Source: Candidatus Saccharimonadota bacterium
Lineage (GTDB): Bacteria; Patescibacteriota; Saccharimonadia; Saccharimonadales; UBA4665
NCBI GenBank assembly: GCA_016700375.1
Contig: CP065016.1
Location: forward strand, 1,050,001-1,082,000
Direction: 5' to 3'
Length of the DNA: 32,000 nt
The translations under genes and the position numbers were made by a program. The notes below the pieces were generated by a model, which worked only from the letters and a program-made list of their open reading frames with translations, did no database searches and was not told the origin of the DNA. This document shows, piece by piece, positions 26,038 through 32,000 of this stretch; the stretch's first letter is position 1, and every line of letters begins with the position of its first letter.

Positions 26038-26335
26038 CAGCCGACCAGGACCTTTTGCTGCCAAAAGGTCCTGGACCTAAAACCAGGCCAAAAGCTCCAC
26101 CTCTTGGTCAGCTAGTTGTTCGTTTTGACAACTGACGCGACAACTCGTTCAGCCAGGATTGCCACTGGCATTCCTAACTTCACTCAAACAAGTCGCGCCA
26201 CCTGTCGGAAGTTGTCAAAGCCGACAACAGCTGAGCCAGGAGGTTACGCATGGCCACCACTAAGCTATGTCGCTAGCGCGACGATTCCTGGCGGCCTGCG
26301 GCCGCAACTAAGCCCTATGCCCCCACCCAAAAACA
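26005..26335 (-). ncRNA. Candidate ~300-nt structured RNA (class unknown)
   Basis: A 395-nt gap between P5 and mnmA with no credible ORF, GC-rich. It has a 12-13-bp perfect hairpin (26046-26073), repeated GTTGTC...GACAAC hairpins, an internal duplication of CCTGGCT[CG]A..GTTGTCG (minus-strand sense), and the minus-oriented terminator at its 3' end. Confidence 0.3.
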
Positions 26336-26382
26336 CTTGACCGCACTTGTCACTTACTACTTTATACTCGATACTTATTCCC

Positions 26383-27561
26383 ATGAAAGTATTCGTTGGT
26401 ATGAGCGGCGGTGTGGATAGTTCCGTAACAGCGGCGCTCTTGAAAGAGCAGGGCTACGACGTCACGGGAGTCTATATGAAGAACTGGAGTAAAGACTTGC
26501 CTGGCATGCTCTGTCCGTGGAAAGAGGACTATCAGGACGCAAAGCGAGTGGCGGTGCAGCTCGACATTCCCTTCAAGCTCTACGATTTCGAGACCGAATA
26601 TCGTCAGCGAGTAGTTGACTATATGCTTGACGGCTATCGCCGGGGCATTACGCCAAACCCAGATATTATGTGTAACCAAGAGGTCAAGTTTAAGCTTTTT
26701 CTCGAGGCAGCCCTAGCCGATGGCGCAGACATGATTGCCACCGGACACTACGCCAGGATTATTCATAATTCGGCAAATTCCAAATCACAAATATCAAATA
26801 CCAAACAAATTCTAAATTCTAAATTCCAAATTCCTGACGCCCAACAACCAACTACCAACTACCAACTACCAACTACTAACTACCAACTACCAACCTCCGC
26901 GTCGCTGCATACTGCCGCCAATACCGCAAAAGACCAAACCTATTTCCTCTACCGGGTCACGGAAGACGCTCTGCGCCACAGCCTCATGCCCATTGGTGAG
27001 TTCTCAACAAAGGCGGAAGTACGCGCCGAAGCGGAAAAACGTGGTCTAGCCACAGCGGGTAAAAAAGACAGCCAAGGGATTTGTTTCATAGGTAAAGTAG
27101 GGATAAAAGATTTTCTTATCCATGAACTCGGCGAACAGCCCCATGGCGATATCGTAGACCAAAACGGGGTACGAATTGGCGAACATGACGGAGCCATCTT
27201 TTACACCATCGGTCAGCGCCAAGGGCTGGGGGTGGGCGGGGGCCTGCCATACTACGTCACCGGCAAAGACATGGCGAAAAACGAAGTCTACGTCACCACC
27301 GACATCCAAGACTCGAGTCTCTGGCGCGATAGCCTCCAGCTTGCTGAACTGCACTGGATTAACAATGCGCCAACAGAAGGAAAAGCGTACTCTGTGCGTA
27401 CGCGCTACCGCGCCGAGCTCATTCCAGCTCGTTTCACCTGGGATACCCAAAAAAACAGGGGTGAACTTCACCTGGATAGCCCTGTTCGCGCCATCACTCC
27501 CGGCCAATCGGCTGTTCTGTATGAAGGGGATGCCGTACTCGGCGGGGGCATCGTGGCGTGA
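26383..27561 (+). CDS. mnmA: tRNA-specific 2-thiouridylase MnmA carrying an in-frame repeat insertion
   Basis: PP-loop VGMSGGVDSSV, NPDIMCN, IATGHYAR, KDQTYFLY, SQGICFIG and the C-terminal barrel motif GQSAVLYEG. Start at ATG 26383 (MKVFVGMSGG) rather than the track's 26347. Confidence 0.93.
   Translation: MKVFVGMSGGVDSSVTAALLKEQGYDVTGVYMKNWSKDLPGMLCPWKEDYQDAKRVAVQLDIPFKLYDFETEYRQRVVDYMLDGYRRGITPNPDIMCNQEVKFKLFLEAALADGADMIATGHYARIIHNSANSKSQISNTKQILNSKFQIPDAQQPTTNYQLPTTNYQLPTSASLHTAANTAKDQTYFLYRVTEDALRHSLMPIGEFSTKAEVRAEAEKRGLATAGKKDSQGICFIGKVGIKDFLIHELGEQPHGDIVDQNGVRIGEHDGAIFYTIGQRQGLGVGGGLPYYVTGKDMAKNEVYVTTDIQDSSLWRDSLQLAELHWINNAPTEGKAYSVRTRYRAELIPARFTWDTQKNRGELHLDSPVRAITPGQSAVLYEGDAVLGGGIVA
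26774..26896 (+). repeat. Heptamer-array element E3 inside mnmA
   Basis: The segment caaattccaaatcacaaatatcaaataccaaacaaattctaaattctaaattccaaattcc shares caaataccaaacaaattc with E2. It is followed by a period-7 array, ccaacaa-(ccaacta)x4-ctaacta-ccaacta-ccaacct (26841-26896), the same unit as the E1 left arm. Confidence 0.88.
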
Positions 27562-27613
27562 TGCCAGTTACGCAGTAAAATTTGCAACACAACAGAGATG
27601 TTATTTGTGCCAC

Positions 27614-27642
27614 TTGACGGGCATATTTTGGTTTGTTACCAT
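27614..27642 (+). promoter_or_regulatory. Putative promoter of the 792-aa surface protein gene
   Basis: TTGACG (27614-27619), then 17 nt, then TACCAT (27637-27642). The same TACCATAAG string occurs upstream of P4 and P5. Confidence 0.4.
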
Positions 27643-27695
27643 AAGCATGTACTTCATCAAATAAACAGTACAAAAATTAAAAAAGGTCGTCTCTC

Positions 27696-30074
27696 ATGGT
27701 TTTTGCGTTATCTCACGCACCGTTTCGGGTTAACCGTTTTGTCTATATGGCAGCGGTACTAGGTTGGATGCTTCTTGGTGTCTGGATGCCGGTAGCCTTT
27801 GCGCAGTCCTCTGAAGAGCTGGTGGCTCGCAAACCATTCATTGCGACGAGCATTGATGGCATGGTGCTTACCAAAGACAAAAATGGTGTGCCACTGGCAG
27901 TGACTATGCCTGCGGGTATTAATGCGCCGCTGCAGGTGATAAATCTTCGTACCATGCAGCGAGTCTATAGTGCCGAGCAGCGCGTTGATGGCGTATTTGT
28001 GACCGCTCGGGCGTATGCAAGCTTACCGAACCGCCATGTGCTTGTAGGAACAAGCGCTGGCTATGTCTACGATGTTGACCCAGATAAACTGACTGTTAGC
28101 GAGCAGGAACTGCCAGGTTCTCCACGGGTTTCCTTTACCGACGCTGTAGTAGCCGATGGTGGTGCGGCGTACTTTGTGGCGCAGACACAGTCCACAAGCC
28201 GTTTGTACCGATACAGTGCCGGAACCGGCGCGTGGCGTGATGCAGGGGTATTGCCGCAGGCCGAGGGTGGTCTGGCGTATGAAGAAGGCAAACTGTACAG
28301 TGCGAACGGACTCGGCATACTTAGTATAGACGCCCAATCCGGCGCCCAAACACCACTTGCTGTCCAAAATCTCCCCGCAGGAACGACCTCGCTGCGGGTC
28401 GAAGCAGCGTACGGTGGATTTCTGTACCTCGCAACACAATCTCAAACAGTGGTGTATGACCTAGCCCAAGCAGCTGTTGTTGACCAGCGGGCGTTATCTG
28501 GAAATATTGCTGGTTCGCTCCCGCAAGAGACGGTTGTGACGGTACCAGCTGCGGCGCCTACAGTGGCGCAACCCGTAGCGGAAACAAACCAGCCGACCAC
28601 AACACTACCGGACACGACGAATACACCCACAACTGGCACCTCGGGGCAGCCCAAAAAACAAAACGACCCGAAGCCGACGCAAACTCAAAATCAGTCTCAG
28701 ACTCAGACGCAGAACAATGAACAGGCAAGCGAAACAGATTCTGCCCAGACTCCTGGCGGACAGACAGGGCAGACAGAAGCGTCCTCTGTCACTACTACGG
28801 TAACTATGGTGCGGCCACCAACGGTATATTTCGGTGCGCTTGGTTCGTACGACCCAACCACAAAGGCGTTCAGACAGGCGGCGAACAGTAACGATATGCA
28901 GCCCGTGCGCGGAAACTGCTGGCTCGATGCAACGCGGTGCGTTGTCTATAGCCGCAGCGGCAGGCTAGCTGTCGCAAATACCACAAACCGGGGCTTAAAA
29001 ATTGCCGCACCCTCGCCCCTTTTAGGTGGTTTTCAGCCTGTTACGGCGCTGGCAATCGCACCTGACGACACGCTTTATGCTGCATCGGGTGCTCAGCGGG
29101 CAGCCGTACTTGAAGCAGACAGAGATAGGTCAGAAGCTCGTAAGATGGTTGCACAGCCGCAAGGAGCAGTTGCAAGTATGGTTGCGCTTGAAGGGTCAGT
29201 TCTGGCTGGCACGACGACGGGTATGATTGTACGGTATGATGCAGGCACGCAGACCACAACACCTAGTTTTGGCGGGCCGGTTAGCTTAGGCGCTGGAACG
29301 GTGAGTGCTCTTGCGGGTGCCGCGAAGGGACAGGTTGCATTTGGGGTGAGTCAAATGGGCGCAAAGCCGAGTGGTTCTGTGGGGGTATATGCCACAGCAA
29401 AACAAGCCGTGTCTTTACCTGCGCAAACAGTGCTAAACGACCAATCTATTGCAAGCCTTCTGTATCATAACGGCACACTGTATATAGGTGGTAGTGTAGG
29501 ACCGAACGCTGCGGGTGGTGCGGCACTTGTGGCCTATGACCTAGAAAAGCGGACACTCAAGGTGAAAACCGTGCCAGTCGCGAGCGCAAAATCTATCACC
29601 AGCATGGTAGTTGGTCCTGGGGGCAAGCTATATGGTTTAGGAGGAGCAACACTTTTTGAATTCAATCCTCAAACACTGGGTGTTGCACGTACGAGGCTCT
29701 TTAGCAACGGGGCCGGGAGTGCTAGCAACATTGCGAACCGTGCCGGACAGCTAGTAGTTTCTGTTGGCGGCAGGGTACTCAGTGTAGACCCGACCACATT
29801 TGCTGACACGTATGTGGCTGAAGGTTCACAGGTGACAGTAAATTCGCTGGGTGATGTGTACTATAGCCGAAACGGAGGTATCTACCGCGTGCTCGCCCCC
29901 CGGGAGGCGGCCGCAGCGGCCGGAAGCACCGAACCAAGCTCGGGAATAGGGACGGGGAGTATACCAATAAACATGAAACTTGGTGTCGGCACCATACTCG
30001 CAGGCCTCCTTATCGCGGCAATCCCTGTGTTTCGGCTGTTCCATAGGCACAATGTGTATTATGTTCGTCGTTAA
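27696..30074 (+). CDS. Large membrane-anchored surface protein with two propeller-like repeat regions and a Q/T/P-rich linker
   Basis: Signal peptide ...PVAFA|QSS (the true start may be Met 27747). Recurrent strand motifs are typical of propeller blades (GYVYDVDP, LYRYSAGTGAW, LYSANGLGILSIDA, LYLATQSQTVVYDL; later LYAASGAQ, IVRYDAGT, LVAYDLEK, LYGLGGATLFEFNP, VLSVDPTT, GIYRV). Low-complexity linker 28540-28800. C-terminal TM helix (VGTILAGLLIAAIPVF). Confidence 0.7.
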   Translation: MVFALSHAPFRVNRFVYMAAVLGWMLLGVWMPVAFAQSSEELVARKPFIATSIDGMVLTKDKNGVPLAVTMPAGINAPLQVINLRTMQRVYSAEQRVDGVFVTARAYASLPNRHVLVGTSAGYVYDVDPDKLTVSEQELPGSPRVSFTDAVVADGGAAYFVAQTQSTSRLYRYSAGTGAWRDAGVLPQAEGGLAYEEGKLYSANGLGILSIDAQSGAQTPLAVQNLPAGTTSLRVEAAYGGFLYLATQSQTVVYDLAQAAVVDQRALSGNIAGSLPQETVVTVPAAAPTVAQPVAETNQPTTTLPDTTNTPTTGTSGQPKKQNDPKPTQTQNQSQTQTQNNEQASETDSAQTPGGQTGQTEASSVTTTVTMVRPPTVYFGALGSYDPTTKAFRQAANSNDMQPVRGNCWLDATRCVVYSRSGRLAVANTTNRGLKIAAPSPLLGGFQPVTALAIAPDDTLYAASGAQRAAVLEADRDRSEARKMVAQPQGAVASMVALEGSVLAGTTTGMIVRYDAGTQTTTPSFGGPVSLGAGTVSALAGAAKGQVAFGVSQMGAKPSGSVGVYATAKQAVSLPAQTVLNDQSIASLLYHNGTLYIGGSVGPNAAGGAALVAYDLEKRTLKVKTVPVASAKSITSMVVGPGGKLYGLGGATLFEFNPQTLGVARTRLFSNGAGSASNIANRAGQLVVSVGGRVLSVDPTTFADTYVAEGSQVTVNSLGDVYYSRNGGIYRVLAPREAAAAAGSTEPSSGIGTGSIPINMKLGVGTILAGLLIAAIPVFRLFHRHNVYYVRR

Positions 30075-30164
30075 GTCTGCGGTGTTTGCAAATAACATGC
30101 TCGTACGTGCAGGTTATTTGCAAGGTATGGCCGAAATAGGGGGCGGGTTGGTATACTACAGCGT

Positions 30165-32000
30165 ATGAATGCACAAGATATACGTAAGGCGTACTTGCAC
30201 TATTTTGCTCAGCGTGGCCACGTGGTCATTCCGCGGGCACGGCTAGTGCCCGATAACGACCCGACCACACTCTTTACGGGCAGTGGTATGCAGCCGCTAC
30301 TGCCGTACTTGCTAGGCGAGGCTCACCCGAAAGGCAACCGGTTGGTTGACAGCCAAACCTGTTTGCGTGCCCAAGACATCGAAGAAGTTGGCGATAACCG
30401 CCACACAACGTTTTTTGAGATGCTTGGCAACTGGAGTCTTGGTGATTACTTCAAGGCCGAGCAGCTGCCTTGGTTCTGGGAGTTTTTGACGGACGTGGTC
30501 GGGCTCGACCCCCAGAAGCTATATGTCACCGCGTTCATTGGCGACAGCGCAAACAATATACCAAAAGACACCGAATCGGCCGAAATCTGGCAAAAACTAT
30601 TCAAGACAAAAGGCATTGAAGCCAAAGCTGTCGACATAGGCTCGGAGGCAGATGGCTACACCAAAGGCATGCAGAGCGGTCGAATTTTCTTCTACGATGC
30701 GAGCAAAAACTGGTGGTGCCGTGCTGGTAAAATTGCCGACATGCCTGCGGGCGAACCAGGTGGCCCCGACAGCGAAGTATTTTACGAATTTGATTTTATA
30801 CAGCACGACCCAAAATGGGGTGAACACTGTCACCCGAACTGCGACTGTGGCCGTTTTATGGAGATAGGTAACTCAGTGTTTATGGAGTATGTGCGTACCG
30901 AAGCTGGCTTCGAGAAGTTGCCAGCACAAAACGTCGACTTTGGCGCTGGCCTTGAGCGCATCGCGGCCGCGCAGCTCAACTCGCCTGATATGTTCAAAAT
31001 ATCTGTCATTTGGCCGATTATAGAAAAGCTAGAGACAATCAGCGGCAAGACGTACGATAGCCACACCGAAAGCATGCGTGTGATTGCCGACCACCTCCGT
31101 GCCGCTACCTTCTTGGCGGTCGATGGTGTGACGCCGAGCAATAAAGAGCAGGGCTACGTTATGCGCCGTCTGCTGCGCCGTGCCATTCGCTTTGCCTTTG
31201 ACCTTGGTATAGAGCAAAACTTCCTTGAAGCAGTTGTGCCAGTGATTGCAGATATTTATGAAGTGGATTTTCCCGAAGTTCGTGAAAACCGTGAAAACGT
31301 TATTGCCATCCTTGTGAAAGAAGAAAAAACCTTTCGCCAAACCCTCCGAAACGGACTAAAACATTTAAAATTGATTGCAAGTACCAAAGAAGCACCCATT
31401 AGTTCACTCCCAAGTGTAGAACAATCTGAACTTACATATATAAAGCTGGAGGGAAGACATATATTTGAACTGTACGACACGTATGGTTTCCCGGTTGAAC
31501 TGAGTGTTGAGGAAGCATTTAAACAGGGAATTGAAGTAGATGAAGGTTGGCGTGAACAATTTGATACCAGGATGCAAGAACAGCGTCAGCGAAGCCAAAC
31601 GGCCGCAAAAGGTACGTTCAAAGGCGGGCTAGGTGGACACACTATGCAGCACAAACGCTACCACACCGGTACGCATTTGCTACAAAGTGCCCTACGCGAA
31701 ATTTTTGGGCCAGAACTGCGCCAGCACGGCAGCAATATCACCGAAGAACGGTTGCGGTTTGACTTTAACCTCGACCGCAAAATGACCCCAGAAGAAATCA
31801 AACGCGCCGAAGACCTCGTAAACCAGTGGATCGCCGAAGACCACCCCGTGAAATTTACCGAGTACCCAACCCAAGAGGCGCTCGATATGGGAGCAATCGG
31901 CCCCTTTGGCGAACGCTACGGTGATACGGTTAAGGTGTACCAAATGGGTACAGACGACCACATAGTTTCACTCGAAATCTGCGGTGGCCCGCACGTTGAC
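30165..32000 (+). CDS. alaS: Alanine--tRNA ligase, N-terminal 612 codons (3' end outside the window)
   Basis: This ORF is not in the supplied track. I translated it by hand from ATG 30165, and the frame stays open to base 32000. MNAQDIRKAYLHYFAQRGHVVIPRARLVPDNDPTTLFTGSGMQPL, DNRHTTFFEMLGNWSLGDYFK and GGPDSEVFYEF are class II AlaRS catalytic motifs. HTGTHLLQSALR and ICGGPHV are the editing-domain zinc motifs. Confidence 0.95.
   Translation, partial: MNAQDIRKAYLHYFAQRGHVVIPRARLVPDNDPTTLFTGSGMQPLLPYLLGEAHPKGNRLVDSQTCLRAQDIEEVGDNRHTTFFEMLGNWSLGDYFKAEQLPWFWEFLTDVVGLDPQKLYVTAFIGDSANNIPKDTESAEIWQKLFKTKGIEAKAVDIGSEADGYTKGMQSGRIFFYDASKNWWCRAGKIADMPAGEPGGPDSEVFYEFDFIQHDPKWGEHCHPNCDCGRFMEIGNSVFMEYVRTEAGFEKLPAQNVDFGAGLERIAAAQLNSPDMFKISVIWPIIEKLETISGKTYDSHTESMRVIADHLRAATFLAVDGVTPSNKEQGYVMRRLLRRAIRFAFDLGIEQNFLEAVVPVIADIYEVDFPEVRENRENVIAILVKEEKTFRQTLRNGLKHLKLIASTKEAPISSLPSVEQSELTYIKLEGRHIFELYDTYGFPVELSVEEAFKQGIEVDEGWREQFDTRMQEQRQRSQTAAKGTFKGGLGGHTMQHKRYHTGTHLLQSALREIFGPELRQHGSNITEERLRFDFNLDRKMTPEEIKRAEDLVNQWIAEDHPVKFTEYPTQEALDMGAIGPFGERYGDTVKVYQMGTDDHIVSLEICGGPHVD

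Noticed and set aside
26080-26110. AGCTCCACC string resembling a tmRNA 3' end
   Set aside because: There is no preceding T-arm (GGNUUCGAAUCC-type) and no matching 5' GGGG...GGAUUCGAC acceptor partner on that strand. The terminator orientation points to the other strand.
25944-26340. 63-aa and 74-aa plus-strand ORFs in the P5-mnmA gap
   Set aside because: Pro/Arg/Ala-rich translations, no SD, and the reading frames cut through perfect hairpins. The region is better explained as structured non-coding sequence.

Overview
This is a compact bacterial chromosome segment of intermediate GC that is coded almost entirely on the plus strand. Gene content and style suggest a reduced-genome Patescibacteria/CPR organism, possibly Saccharibacteria; that assignment is inference only. 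The style features are minimal housekeeping enzymes, ATGA/GTGA start-stop overlaps, and many signal-peptide or single-TM surface proteins.

Gene order:
- 3' end of a TPM/YgcG-type protein
- tRNA-Leu(UAA) with terminator, then a probable serine-recombinase remnant
- small accessory block: DUF1801, ClbS/DfsB-like, HIT, small membrane protein, PadR plus membrane partner
- metG, TatD-family hydrolase, two unknown small ORFs
- 235-nt structured non-coding gap
- class-V cysteine desulfurase, GalU-like nucleotidyltransferase (minus strand)
- exported protein, then atpF-H-A-G-D-C
- membrane-anchored unknown, minus-strand beta-helix surface protein
- six-gene secreted-protein locus (19029-25987)
- 350-nt structured non-coding gap
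- mnmA, an 792-aa surface protein with propeller-like repeats, and the 5' 612 codons of alaS. The alaS frame is open to the window end and is missing from the supplied ORF track.

Most notable observations:
1. The 19-26 kb locus has four paralogous secreted proteins with a common C-terminal ...TF-COOH strand. It also has a DUF916/DUF3324-like membrane-anchored protein and a PKD-domain anchor. This is a WxL/Csc-like or donor-strand-fibre-like surface system with no recognisable sortase, usher or ATPase.
2. Two paralogues in that locus share an apparently 100% identical 1122-bp body but have divergent signal peptides and promoters.
3. A family of heptamer-array/hairpin elements supplies the SD and GTG start of atpG and atpD. 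A related copy is inserted in frame inside mnmA.
4. The ATP synthase cluster is atypical. There is no atpB/atpE in the usual slot, and a protein with a c-subunit-like hairpin sits there instead. Alpha carries a roughly 190-aa disordered tail, and epsilon lacks its helical domain.
5. Two structured intergenic regions are candidate ncRNAs.
6. All 8 predicted signal peptides are followed by Gln at +1.
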